A stretch of DNA of 64,000 bases from Acidobacteriaceae bacterium (GTDB lineage Bacteria; Acidobacteriota; Terriglobia; Terriglobales; Acidobacteriaceae), in NCBI GenBank assembly GCA_049518555.1, contig JBEKRR010000013.1, positions 5,189 to 69,188 of the forward strand, given 5' to 3'. The position numbers and the translations under genes were made by a program. The stretch's first letter is position 1. Every line of letters starts with the position of its first letter. Under the pieces are notes generated by a model. The model searched no databases and was not told the DNA's origin. It was given only the letters and a program-made list of their open reading frames with translations. Positions 1-10,534 of this stretch are shown piece after piece.

Positions 1-313
1 GGGTGAGGCCGAGGTCGTAGAGCACCTGGGGGTTGTTGGGGGTCTGGGTGTTGAGGCCGTTGAGGATTTTGAAGGCGGCGGCGAAGTCGCTGGCGGCCAG
101 CGCGTCGTTGGCCTGCTGGATGAGCGCGGCTTCGGGCGCGGGTTCGCTGTCGGGGTGGGAGAAGTCCTGTGCGGCGAGCGCGGGTGCGGCGAGCAGAGCG
201 GCGAGAAGGAGTACGGTCGAGCGGCGAACCCACGCGTCGCGGCGAACCCACGCATCGCGATAGAACTGCGATACATGGGGCACCCGATTTCTGTATGCAA
301 AGCTGGAAGCCAT
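1..313 (-). CDS. Exported TPR-repeat protein, N-terminal part (runs off the window edge)
   Basis: Not in the ORF track; manual translation gives signal-like STVLLLAALLAAPALAAQD, then ALIQQANDALAASDFAAAFKILNGLNTQTPNNPQVLYDLGL (TPR-like). Start is ATG 313 (5 bp after the nadK stop) or GTG 283. Confidence 0.65.
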   Translation of the reverse strand, partial: MASSFAYRNRVPHVSQFYRDAWVRRDAWVRRSTVLLLAALLAAPALAAQDFSHPDSEPAPEAALIQQANDALAASDFAAAFKILNGLNTQTPNNPQVLYDLGLT

Positions 314-318
314 GCGCT

Positions 319-1236
319 TTACCGCTCGCCCCACTTCAGCTTGGAGCGCAGGACGTTGAAGAGGCCGTTGGGCTGCAGGCGGAGCAGGCGCACGCTGAAG
401 TCGCTGCGGCGGCAGTGTACTTGGTCGCCGACGTGCATGGGCACGGCCTCCTGGCCATCCACCGTGAGATAGGTCTGATTGGGCACGCCGACCACGCGCA
501 CGCTGATGGCCGCCTCGCCCGGCACCACGATGGGCCGGATGGTCAACAGGTGAGGGCAGATCGGCGTCACCAGCATGGCGTTGACCGTAGGCATGACGAT
601 GGGCCCGTGGGCGGAGAGGTTGTAGGCCGTGGAGCCGGTGGGAGTGGAGAGGATGACGCCATCGGCGCGGAAGGTGGCCACCGGCTGCCGGTCGATCTCG
701 ACGGCGAAGTCGGCCATGCGCGCGATGGTCCCCTTGGCGACCACGACATCGTTCAGCGCGTCCCACTGGCGCGCCGGCTTGCCGCCGCAGAAGAGCTCGG
801 CGTGGATCATGCTGCGCACCTCGATGGCGGCCGTGCCGTCGCACCATGCCTGCAATGTGGTGTAGAGATCGCTGAGCGGGACTTCGGTAAGAAAGCCCAG
901 CGCGCCCAGGTTCACGCTGAGCAGCGGAGTGTTGGTGTGGGCGAAGGCGCGCGCCGCGGCCAGCAGCGTTCCATCGCCGCCGAGGACGACGACCAGGTCC
1001 GGCTTGCGCTGGGGCATCTGCTCGCGCTCGACGCTGTCACAATCCGATTGCGGCGCGCCCGCCTGCTGTGCGCTTGCTCCCACAGACGCGCTCTGTGCGC
1101 CTTCGCGCAGATACGCCGCGCTCTCGCGGTCCAGAACGCAGCTCCATCCACGCTCGCCGAGCCATGCGCGCAGCTCGGGCAGGATCGTTTCCAGCTCATG
1201 CTTCTGCGGCTTGGAGATAATTCCAGCTAAAGGCAT
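319..1236 (-). CDS. nadK: NAD(+) kinase
   Basis: GGDGT, VNLGALGFL, LNDVVV, DGVILSTPTGSTAYNLSAHGP motifs; start trimmed to MPLAGIISKP; next to tlyA as in many bacteria. Confidence 0.96.
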   Translation of the reverse strand: MPLAGIISKPQKHELETILPELRAWLGERGWSCVLDRESAAYLREGAQSASVGASAQQAGAPQSDCDSVEREQMPQRKPDLVVVLGGDGTLLAAARAFAHTNTPLLSVNLGALGFLTEVPLSDLYTTLQAWCDGTAAIEVRSMIHAELFCGGKPARQWDALNDVVVAKGTIARMADFAVEIDRQPVATFRADGVILSTPTGSTAYNLSAHGPIVMPTVNAMLVTPICPHLLTIRPIVVPGEAAISVRVVGVPNQTYLTVDGQEAVPMHVGDQVHCRRSDFSVRLLRLQPNGLFNVLRSKLKWGER

Positions 1237-1427
1237 CTCGTCAACCAGTGTACCGCTCGCGGCGGGCTTCCCCGCAAAACCACTTCTTAACACCGATCTA
1301 CACCGATTGAACCGATTAAAGATAATACTTTAACCGAGTAAAGACAAAAACAGCCAGGGTGGAATTCAACAAACGGTTCGCCTTTCTCAGTCCTTGGTCT
1401 TATCGGTTTGGTCCGTGTGAATCGGTG

Positions 1428-2252
1428 TTAGGCCTTTGCTTCACCGAAGCGGGCGTGCAGCAGGTACTCCCAGTTCCCTTCCATGCCGTGGATGGGCGAG
1501 TCAATCACCTCGATCTCGGTTCCTCCCAGTTCCGCAACGCACTGCTTGACGCGCTCGATGGCAATCTCGCGCGCGGCCTGTTCGCGCACGATCCCTCCCT
1601 TGCCCACATGCTCGCGGCCGGCCTCGAACTGCGGCTTGATGAGGACCACCGCCTCGCCGCGCCAGGCCTCACCCGCGCGAACCAGCGCGCGCAAAACAGC
1701 CGGCAGCACCAGCGTCGCCGAGATGAACGAGACGTCCATCGCAAGAAAGGAGATCGCCGGGGCAGCTCCACCAAGGCTCGCCGCGCTCTTCCCTGTTCCC
1801 TGTTCCCTCTTCCCTGTTCCCTGCTCCACCAACTCCCCGGCTGCGAGCAGCCGCGCGTTGCATCGCTCGCGCAGAGTGACGCGCGGGTCCACGCGCAGCT
1901 TGTGGGCGATCTGACCGTAGCCTGTATCGACCGCTAGGACCGAAGCCGCGCCGTGCTGCAACATGCAGTCGGTGAAGCCGCCGGTGGAGGCGCCGACATC
2001 GACGCACGCTCGCCCGTCGAGCGCAATCCGCCAATGCTCGAGCGCGCGCTCCAGCTTCAGCCCGCCGCGGCCCACATAGCGCAGGTCGTCGCCCAGCAGG
2101 CGCAGCGGCGCGGCCTCGTCGATCGGGGTCCCGGGCTTCTCCACGCGCTGTTCGGAGACAAGAACGCGCCCGGCCAGCACCAGCGCGGTGGCGCGCTCGC
2201 GCGATGCAGCCAGTCCCCGCTCCACCAGCGCCTTGTCCAGTCTGATCTTCAT
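1428..2252 (-). CDS. tlyA: TlyA-family rRNA (cytidine-2'-O)-methyltransferase
   Basis: S4 domain KIRLDKALVERGLAASRERA; YVGRGGLKL, DVGASTGGFTD, DVSFIS, LIKPQFEAG, GNWEYL. Confidence 0.95.
   Translation of the reverse strand: MKIRLDKALVERGLAASRERATALVLAGRVLVSEQRVEKPGTPIDEAAPLRLLGDDLRYVGRGGLKLERALEHWRIALDGRACVDVGASTGGFTDCMLQHGAASVLAVDTGYGQIAHKLRVDPRVTLRERCNARLLAAGELVEQGTGKREQGTGKSAASLGGAAPAISFLAMDVSFISATLVLPAVLRALVRAGEAWRGEAVVLIKPQFEAGREHVGKGGIVREQAAREIAIERVKQCVAELGGTEIEVIDSPIHGMEGNWEYLLHARFGEAKA
1789..1823. repeat. Heptamer tandem repeat (TTCCCTG)x5 inside tlyA
   Basis: ttccctg ttccctg ttccctc ttccctg ttccctg; encodes QGTGKREQGTGK. Confidence 0.9.
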
Positions 2253-2350
2253 CCGCCTCTACGAGAGTACAGCGCATCGCGCAGAGTCCAGGATAAAGTA
2301 AACTGGTCGCTGCCGGTCCGGCCGGGCCAGACCATCCGTGGGTGGGTTCA

Positions 2351-2917
2351 ATGGAGATACAAACCGGAATCTTCGACACAGCATTGCCCCCCATTGCGGA
2401 CGACGCGTTCCTGCTGTCGCTGGTGCAGGCGGGCGACGGGCAGGCCGTGGCCACGCTCTTCGACCGCTACTCCCGGATCGTCTACTCCGTGGCACTGCGC
2501 GTTCTGAGCGACCCGGCCTCGGCCGAAGACGTGCTGCAGGAGGTCTTCCTGCAACTGTGGCGCACTCCAGCTAGCTTCACGGCGGACGGGGGAAGCCTGG
2601 GCGGATGGCTCGCGGTGCTGGCGCGCAACCGCTCCATCGCCGCGCTGCGCCGCAGACGCCCCCTCGAGCTGATTGACGCGATCGCCCTCGCCGCGCCCAG
2701 CGATCTCGCCAGCGAGGCTGGGCGCAACCGTCTCGCCGAGCGCGCCCGCACTCTGCTGCAAAAGCTCCCCTCCGCGCAGCGCAAGGCCCTTGAGATGGCC
2801 TTCTTTGACGGCCTCACCCACCGCGAGATCGCGGAGATGACCGGCGAGCCGGTGGCTGCGGTCAGTAGCAGCCTGCGCAACGCGCTGCTGGCCCTGAGAG
2901 AGGCGTTTCAGCCATGA
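2351..2917 (+). CDS. ECF (sigma-70 family) RNA polymerase sigma factor, SigK-like
   Basis: Region 2 AEDVLQEVFLQLWR / WLAVLARNRSI; region 4 LPSAQRKALEMAFFDGLTHREIAE; 4-bp overlap with the anti-sigma gene. Confidence 0.9.
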   Translation: MEIQTGIFDTALPPIADDAFLLSLVQAGDGQAVATLFDRYSRIVYSVALRVLSDPASAEDVLQEVFLQLWRTPASFTADGGSLGGWLAVLARNRSIAALRRRRPLELIDAIALAAPSDLASEAGRNRLAERARTLLQKLPSAQRKALEMAFFDGLTHREIAEMTGEPVAAVSSSLRNALLALREAFQP

Positions 2918-3774
2918 GCGCCAGCGCGCCTAACCCGCGGCCCGGCATGCGCCACGCCGGCCCCGAAGAGACCGTCCTCTACGCGCTGCAGTTCCTCACC
3001 GGAGAGCAGGCCGCCGACCTGACGCATCACTTCGAGCACTGCGCCGAGTGCCTGCGCGAACTCGCACTGGTCAAGGGCGATCTGGCGGCGTGCGCCTTCA
3101 GCGCCGAGCTGCACTCGCCCCCGGCGCTGGCCCGCCAGCGCCTGAGGACGCAGGTCGCCCGCGAGAACCGCTTGGCCGCCCAGCCCGCGCTCGCGGCCTT
3201 CGGACGCAACGGGTCCATTCTCGCTCCGCCCGAAGACGAGCAGCCGAAGCGCAGCCGCGCGCTCACCCTGCTGGGGTGGCTTGGCTGGATTCTGGCCGTG
3301 GGTCTGGCGGTTGCGGGGGCAAAGTTCTATCAGCAGGAGGCGGCCCAGAGCGCGTAACTCGGCGCGCAGTCCAGCGAACTGGCCCGCCTCAACGCCGACG
3401 CCGCCCGCGCCCATCAGCTTCTGGACGCGCTCGCCGACCCTGACGCCGCGCGCATCACGCTGACCGCCAAGCCGCCGGCCAAAGCCCAGCCGCTGGGCCG
3501 CGTCACCTACAACCGCGCCAACGGCAGCCTCATCTTCCTGGCCGACGACCTCGACCCGCTGCTGGCGGGCAAGGTCTATGAGTTGTGGCTCATCCCGGCC
3601 GACGGACGCAACCCCATACCCGCCGCGGTCTTCCACCCGGACAACCACGGCAACGCCAGCGTCATCCTGCCCGGCCTGCCCACGGGCGTCCCGGCGCGGG
3701 ACTTCGCCGTCACGGTGGAAGACGAGGGCGGCGCGCAGACCCCCACCCTGCCCTACGTCCTGGCCGGAAGCTAG
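2914..3774 (+). pseudogene. rskA: RskA-type zinc anti-sigma factor interrupted by an in-frame TAA at 3355-3357
   Basis: ZAS motif HFEHCAEC, TM helix, then TAA; the same frame stays open for 138 more codons (YELWLIPADGRNPIPAAVF...FAVTVEDEGGAQTPT = RskA C-terminal domain) to TAG 3772-3774. Confidence 0.85.
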
Positions 3775-4040
3775 GGGCATCTTCCCGGCAGGCGCTCCGC
3801 GGAGACTGTGTGGCCTCCTCTCAATGAAGACCGCGCAGCACGCTCTTTGCGGAACCACATTTCCCGTGAAAATGACATGGATGTGAAACTTCGCAAGGCG
3901 GTCCGTTCGTCTTCCCATTACGCATTCCACGGTCCCCGGTCCTTTCCGTGTTGCCGGAAGACCGGCGCTCCGGCGATCGTTCTCAAGTTTCAATCACCAT
4001 CGGCCCATCCTCCACAACTATTGTTCTGAAAGGTTGCGCA

Positions 4041-6467
4041 ATGACGAAAGCAAGGCTCCTCTTTGTATCTATGTTTCTTGCGCTGGCAGTTGTCCTGACA
4101 TCCGGTGCATCGGCGCAGCAGCCGGCCGCCCACGTACTGCCGAAGATCGCCAAAGTCACGGTCAATGACCCGGTGACCCTCACCGACAACGGCGACAGTT
4201 GGACGCTCGCCAACGGCATCGTCAAGATGACCATCCTGAAGAGGAACGGAAACATCTCGTCGTTGATCTACCACGGTATTGAGACGCAGACCCATGGCGA
4301 GTACTGGGAACAGGTGCCATCCGGCACCGTCACCGCAAGGGTGACCATCGACCCGGCAGCCAACGGCGGCGAGCGCGCCGAGGTCTCGGTTAAAGGCGTC
4401 AATCCCGGCAATCCCAACGCCCCCAGCCCCCTCGGCGGACCGCCTGGCGGCGGCGTGCCCGCGGCGCAGGAGCCTCGCTTTCCCGCAACAGCGCCAGTAG
4501 CAACGGGCGCCGGCGGTCCCGGCGGCGCAGCACGTCCCGGCGGAGGAGGCTACGCACGCGGTCCCGGCGGTCCCGGCGGCCTGGCCGTAGGCCCACGTGG
4601 CCCAGGCGGCCCACCGTCAGGCCCTCGCGGCGGCGGCATGGACATCGAGACGCGCTACACCATGGAGCGCGGCGTCAGCGGCTTCTACACCTACGCCGAG
4701 TACACCCACAAGGCCTCGTATCCGCCTGCGGGCGAGGGCGAGAGCCGCTTCATCCTGGAGTCGATGAACCCAACCTTCAACTGGCTCTCCGTCGACCGGG
4801 ACCGCAACCAACTGATGACCTCCGATGCGGACCTGCGCAAGGGCGTCGTCATCCACGCCAAGGAGCAGAGGATCCTGCTGAGCGGCGTCTACGCCAACTC
4901 CGTCGAGCACAAGTACAGCTACAACGCCGTCATGTACCGGCTTCAAGCCTGGGGATGGTCCAGCACAACGGACCACATCGGCGTCTACTTCATCAACCCG
5001 TCGAATGAGTACATCGGCGGCGGCTCGGAGAAGCTCGACCTGATCGACCACATGAGCGGAACCCTGCTCGACTACTGGACCAGCGGCCACTACGCCGGAG
5101 GCGCCATCAATCACATCCCCACCGGCCAGGACTGGAAGCACGTCGTCGGGCCGATCTTCGTCTACTTCAACTCGCTGGCCAATCCCAAAGACCCTTCCAA
5201 GGCCGAGATGGACAAGCTGGCCGCCACCTCCGGCAGCGGCATGCCCGCCGTTCCGCAGGTGTGGCGTGACAACCAGCTCGCGCTGTGGAACGACGCCGTT
5301 GAGAAGTCCAAAGCCGTCAAAGCCGCCTGGCCCTACGCCTGGGTCGAGGGCGTGGATTACCCGCACAAGGACGGGCGCGCCACCGTCACCGGACAGCTCG
5401 TCCTCGACGATCCCCAGGCGGCTAAGAAGACGCTCCCGCATCTGACCGTCGGCCTGGCCCACGCGGACTATCAGGGTACTGGATTCGGCTATCAACTGCG
5501 CGCAGGCAACGGCTCCACCGTCACCTGGCCGCACGATGGCAACCACTACCAGTTCTGGACCGACGGCTCCGACGACGGCCGCTTCACCATCCGCAACGTC
5601 CGCCCCGGCAAGTACACGCTGCACGCCTTCGCCGACGGCGTCCTCGGCGAGTACGCCAAGGCCAACATCACGGTTGAAGCAGGCAAGAAGATCGATCTGG
5701 GCAAGCTCGACTGGCAGCCCGTCCGCTACGGCAGGCAGATCTGGGAGATCGGCTATCCCGATCGCACCGGCGACAAGTTCTTCAAGGGCGACGGCGCCAA
5801 TTACTGGCTCTGGGGCTGGGGTCTGCGCTACGGCGACCTCTTCCCCAACGACATCACCTACACCATCGGCAAGAGCGACTACCGCAAGGACTGGTTCTTC
5901 GAGGAGGTCCCCCACTCCACCACCGACGCCTGGAAGAACCCCGCCGCCAAGGACCCCCTGAACCAGCGCTTCGGCTGGGTCAACAACCCAACCGGCACCC
6001 AGGACATGTGGCGGGAGTGGGGCCAGGGCCGGGCCACAACCTGGACCGTCAAGTTCACCATGCCCAAAGCCTCGAAGGGCTCGGCTGTCCTGCGCATCGC
6101 GCTGGCTGGGGCTGACGGCGGCAATGGCACAACGCCCAGCGCTCCCGGCAGCCTGCAGATCGGCGTCAATGGGCAGGAGGTTGGCACGATCCATCCGGTC
6201 GCCACCAACGCCCTGCGCTACAACACCGATAAGGGCGTCTGGTACCAGTATGTCCAGAAGTTCGACGCCGCTCTGCTGAAGGCGGGCGAGAACTCCATGA
6301 CGTTCACGGTGCCAGCAGGAGATGTCACGACCGGCGTGGTCTGGGACTACCTCCGCCTCGAGCTGAACGACGGCAGCAAGGCCTATCCCACTCCGCCCGA
6401 CAATCAAAGGCCGGACTATCCAGCCCTGCCCGAGAGCGGTAGGCCGGACGCGCCGCCCGCTCTGTAA
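4041..6467 (+). CDS. Secreted polysaccharide lyase family 4 (rhamnogalacturonan lyase)
   Basis: Signal peptide; VEHKYSY and YWTSGHYAG catalytic-region motifs; GRFTIRNVRPGKYTLHA FnIII-like domain; QIWEIGYPDR; C-terminal GVVWDYLRLE. Confidence 0.85.
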   Translation: MTKARLLFVSMFLALAVVLTSGASAQQPAAHVLPKIAKVTVNDPVTLTDNGDSWTLANGIVKMTILKRNGNISSLIYHGIETQTHGEYWEQVPSGTVTARVTIDPAANGGERAEVSVKGVNPGNPNAPSPLGGPPGGGVPAAQEPRFPATAPVATGAGGPGGAARPGGGGYARGPGGPGGLAVGPRGPGGPPSGPRGGGMDIETRYTMERGVSGFYTYAEYTHKASYPPAGEGESRFILESMNPTFNWLSVDRDRNQLMTSDADLRKGVVIHAKEQRILLSGVYANSVEHKYSYNAVMYRLQAWGWSSTTDHIGVYFINPSNEYIGGGSEKLDLIDHMSGTLLDYWTSGHYAGGAINHIPTGQDWKHVVGPIFVYFNSLANPKDPSKAEMDKLAATSGSGMPAVPQVWRDNQLALWNDAVEKSKAVKAAWPYAWVEGVDYPHKDGRATVTGQLVLDDPQAAKKTLPHLTVGLAHADYQGTGFGYQLRAGNGSTVTWPHDGNHYQFWTDGSDDGRFTIRNVRPGKYTLHAFADGVLGEYAKANITVEAGKKIDLGKLDWQPVRYGRQIWEIGYPDRTGDKFFKGDGANYWLWGWGLRYGDLFPNDITYTIGKSDYRKDWFFEEVPHSTTDAWKNPAAKDPLNQRFGWVNNPTGTQDMWREWGQGRATTWTVKFTMPKASKGSAVLRIALAGADGGNGTTPSAPGSLQIGVNGQEVGTIHPVATNALRYNTDKGVWYQYVQKFDAALLKAGENSMTFTVPAGDVTTGVVWDYLRLELNDGSKAYPTPPDNQRPDYPALPESGRPDAPPAL

Positions 6468-6491
6468 TCGCTTGGCCGCACAAACGCATTT

Positions 6492-6522
6492 GCCCCGCAT
6501 CTCAACATCTGAGATGCGGGGC
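6492..6522. terminator. 13-bp-stem hairpin between convergent PL4 and mnmE (terminator, possibly REP-derived)
   Basis: gccccgcatctca-acatc-tgagatgcggggc followed by ttctgcttt. Confidence 0.75.
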
Positions 6523-6529
6523 TTCTGCT

Positions 6530-8005
6530 TTATTTCCCGATGCAAAAGCGTGAGAAGATGAGGCGCAGCACGTCCTCGCTGGTAGTCGCTCCGGTCAGCG
6601 TGTCCAGGCCGCGCAGCGACTCGTAGAGGTCCAGCAGCAGCATCTCATGGGGAATCGCCGCGTCCACGGCGAGGCGCGCCGCCGCCAGCCCGCCGAGCGC
6701 CTGCTCCACCGCCTGATGCTGGCGCAGGTTGGTCAGCATTGCCGCCTCACGCAGGCCTCCCTCGCCACCCGCAACCGCTGCGACGATCGCTGCCCGCAGC
6801 TCCTCAATTCCCTCGCCCGTCAGCGCCGAGGTCCGCACCAGATTCTCTGTTCCCTGTTCCTTGTTCTCTATTCCCTGTTCCCTGTTCCCTGTTCCCTTGT
6901 CTTCCACCAAATCGCTCTTGTTCCACGCCACCAGCACGCTGCTCCCACCCGATGCGCCCAGCTCGATGACCGCGCGGTCCTCCCGCGAGATGCCAACCGT
7001 CGCGTCGACGACCAGCAGCACCACGTCGGCCTCGGCCATCGCCTCCCTCGTGCGGGCGACGCCCATCCGCTCCGCCTCGTCCGCGCCCTCGCGCAGCCCG
7101 GCGGTGTCGATCAGCTCCACCGGAATGCCGCCCATGGAGACGCGCTCGGTCACAGTGTCGCGGGTAGTCCCCGGCGCCGCGGTCACAATCGCCCGCTCGC
7201 GCTCCACGAGCCGGTTGAAGAGGCTCGACTTGCCCGCGTTGGGCCGCCCCACGATGGCCAGCCGAAATCCCTCGCGTACCACGCGCCCGTAGGCGAAGCT
7301 CCGCTCCAGCTCCACCAGCGGCGCGCGCACCTCGGCGATCTTCTCGGCGATCCGCTCCGCCGCCATCACATCGATGTCGTCCTCAGCGAAGTCAATGCCC
7401 GCCTCCATCGCGGCGATCAGCCCCACCAGCTCCGCCTTCACCGGCGCAACCACCCGCGCCAGCGACCCGCCCATCTGCCGCGCAGCCACGCGCGCCTGCT
7501 GCAGCGTCGATGAGCCGATCAGATCGTTGACCGCCTCGGCCTGGGTCAGGTCGATCCGCCCGGCCAGAAACGCGCGCTGGGTAAACTCCCCCGGCTCGGC
7601 CAGCCGCGCGCCACGCGCGCAGCACTGCTGCACCAGAACCTCCAGCAGCACCGGCGAGCCGTGCGCCGCAATCTCTACCACATCCTCGCCGGTATACGAA
7701 TTCGGCGCGGCAAACAGCGTCACCACCGCCTCATCCAGCACGCGAGGCTCCGTGTCCTGCTCCGCCTCTCCCGCGCTCGTTCCATTGTTTGTCATCCCGG
7801 AGGGATCTGCTGTTGTCTTCGCACCGCCGGAGAGATCCAGCACCTCGCCGAAACGCGCTTGCCCCGCGGCAAGCGGATGGCGCAGGCGCACCAGCGGCGC
7901 AGCGATCTCTCGCGCGCGCGGGCCCGACAGCCGCACCACGCCGATCCCGCCGCGTCCCGCCGGCGTCGAGACCGCCACAATCGTCTCCTGCTCCATCTCG
8001 CCCAT
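6530..8005 (-). CDS. mnmE: tRNA uridine-5-carboxymethylaminomethyl(34) synthesis GTPase MnmE
   Basis: TIVAVSTPAGRGGIGVVRLSG, SYTGEDVVEI, GRPNAGKSSL, GTTRD, DTAG, NKSD, C-terminal FSRFCIGK; start 8005 or 7996. Confidence 0.97.
   Translation of the reverse strand: MGEMEQETIVAVSTPAGRGGIGVVRLSGPRAREIAAPLVRLRHPLAAGQARFGEVLDLSGGAKTTADPSGMTNNGTSAGEAEQDTEPRVLDEAVVTLFAAPNSYTGEDVVEIAAHGSPVLLEVLVQQCCARGARLAEPGEFTQRAFLAGRIDLTQAEAVNDLIGSSTLQQARVAARQMGGSLARVVAPVKAELVGLIAAMEAGIDFAEDDIDVMAAERIAEKIAEVRAPLVELERSFAYGRVVREGFRLAIVGRPNAGKSSLFNRLVERERAIVTAAPGTTRDTVTERVSMGGIPVELIDTAGLREGADEAERMGVARTREAMAEADVVLLVVDATVGISREDRAVIELGASGGSSVLVAWNKSDLVEDKGTGNREQGIENKEQGTENLVRTSALTGEGIEELRAAIVAAVAGGEGGLREAAMLTNLRQHQAVEQALGGLAAARLAVDAAIPHEMLLLDLYESLRGLDTLTGATTSEDVLRLIFSRFCIGK
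6843..6898. repeat. Heptamer tandem repeat (TTCCCTG-like)x8 inside mnmE
   Basis: ttctctg ttccctg ttccttg ttctcta ttccctg ttccctg ttccctg ttccctt; encodes KGTGNREQGIENKEQGTEN. Confidence 0.9.
7785..7816. repeat. REP-like palindromic element inside mnmE
   Basis: ttgtttgtcATCCC-gga-GGGATctgctgttgt; lies within a ~25-aa insertion (TTADPSGMTN). Confidence 0.55.
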
Positions 8006-8034
8006 CACACTAGGATAGTCGCCCGGTGCGCAGT

Positions 8035-9219
<1,185 letters not shown>

Positions 9220-9303
9220 GGGCTCTTTCTACAGGTTCGTTGCGTTAAAAATGTAAAGCCTAATACAAGATTCTGGACCATCTTCCGCATCACAAACAAT
9301 ACA

Positions 9304-10356
9304 TCAATCGAGGTAGTGCTTTTCGGGCAGGGCGCGCAGGCGTTCGGCCGCGGTCTCCGGCGTAAGGTCGCGCTGCGGGCTGCCATACATCTCGAAGCCA
9401 ACCATGAATTTGCGAATCTGGGCCGAGCGCAGCAGCGGAGGGTAAAAATGCGCGTGGAAGTGCATGGAATCGTGCGCCTTGCCGTCCGTGGGCCGCTGGT
9501 GGAAGCCCAGGCTGTAGGGAAAGCTGGTCTGAAAGAGATTGTCGTAGCGCGTGGTCACGGCCTTCAGAATCGCCGCGAGGCTGGTGCGCTCTGCCGCCGT
9601 AAAGTCGGTGAGGCTGCCCATGTGGCGGCGCGGCAGCACCAGCGTCTCAAAGGGCCATGTGGCCCAGTAGGGAACGACCGCGACAAACAGATCGTTCTCG
9701 GCCACCATGCGCTCCGCCTGCGCCAGCTCGGTCGCCACATAGTCGCAGAGCAGGCAGCGGTGGTGCTCCGCAATGTAGTCCTGCTGCGCTTCCAGCTCGC
9801 GCATCGGCTCGTCCGGGACGTGCTCTGTGGCCCAGATCTGGCAGTGGGGGTGGGGATTGCTGGCGCCCATCATGGCGCCGCGGTTCTCGAAGATCTGCAC
9901 GTGGTTGATATACGGCAGATCGCCAAGCGCGGCCGTCTCGCCGGCCCACGCATCCACCACGGCTGCAATCTCGGCGACAGTCATGCGCGCCAGCGTCAGC
10001 GAGTGGTTGGGATGGAAGCAGAGTACGCGGCAACGCCCGCGCTCCGGCTGGGCCACCAGCAGCGGAGAGGCGTTCGGCTGCGCCTCCGGCTGAAGGTCGC
10101 TGAGCAGCGCGGGAAAGTCGTTGTCGAAGGCGAAGACGCCCGTGTATGCGGGATTGCGCGCGCCGCCGGAGCGCGCATTGCCCGGGCACAGATAACACGC
10201 CGGATCGTACGCCAGCCCCGTGCCGGCGGCCGACTTGCTCGTCTCGCCCTGCCACGGCCGCTCGGTGCGCTGCGGCGACACCAGAATCCACTGGCGCAGA
10301 AGCGGATTGTAGCGGCGGTGCGGAACGAGATCGAGTGGACGGGGCGAGGCGGGCAA
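9304..10356 (-). CDS. galT: Galactose-1-phosphate uridylyltransferase
   Basis: HRRYNPL, CYLCPGN, FENRGAMMGASNPHPHCQIW, RKFMVGFE; TTG start with SD AAGAGG. Confidence 0.96.
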   Translation of the reverse strand: MPASPRPLDLVPHRRYNPLLRQWILVSPQRTERPWQGETSKSAAGTGLAYDPACYLCPGNARSGGARNPAYTGVFAFDNDFPALLSDLQPEAQPNASPLLVAQPERGRCRVLCFHPNHSLTLARMTVAEIAAVVDAWAGETAALGDLPYINHVQIFENRGAMMGASNPHPHCQIWATEHVPDEPMRELEAQQDYIAEHHRCLLCDYVATELAQAERMVAENDLFVAVVPYWATWPFETLVLPRRHMGSLTDFTAAERTSLAAILKAVTTRYDNLFQTSFPYSLGFHQRPTDGKAHDSMHFHAHFYPPLLRSAQIRKFMVGFEMYGSPQRDLTPETAAERLRALPEKHYLD

Positions 10357-10422
10357 AGTGGTTCCTCTTAGGAGAAAACTGCAACGCATTACAGTGTAAG
10401 CGAGAATCGGCGCGGAATCCCA

Positions 10423-10534
10423 TTTTGCTTAAGGGCACGGGTTCACAGGCTGCGGCATCGCCCCGTTTTGCTTTAGGGCACGGGTTTACCCATGCCGTGT
10501 GTGTTGCGCTTCGATGCGGCTTTAGCCGCTGAGG
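10423..10534. repeat. Cluster of REP-like elements (direct repeat plus hairpins)
   Basis: ttttgcttaagggcacgggttcac (10423) and ttttgctttagggcacgggtttac (10466); hairpins ggcacgggt-tt-acccatgcc and gcggc-ttta-gccgc. Confidence 0.65.

Noticed and set aside
1428-2252. TlyA as a haemolysin/toxin
   Set aside because: The S4 + FtsJ methyltransferase motifs and the ordinary tlyA-nadK synteny indicate the housekeeping rRNA methylase.
3884-3912. ECF promoter for the PL4 gene (TGAAAC...CGTC)
   Set aside because: The spacer is 18 bp versus the usual 16-17, and no matching motif lies upstream of the sigma gene itself.
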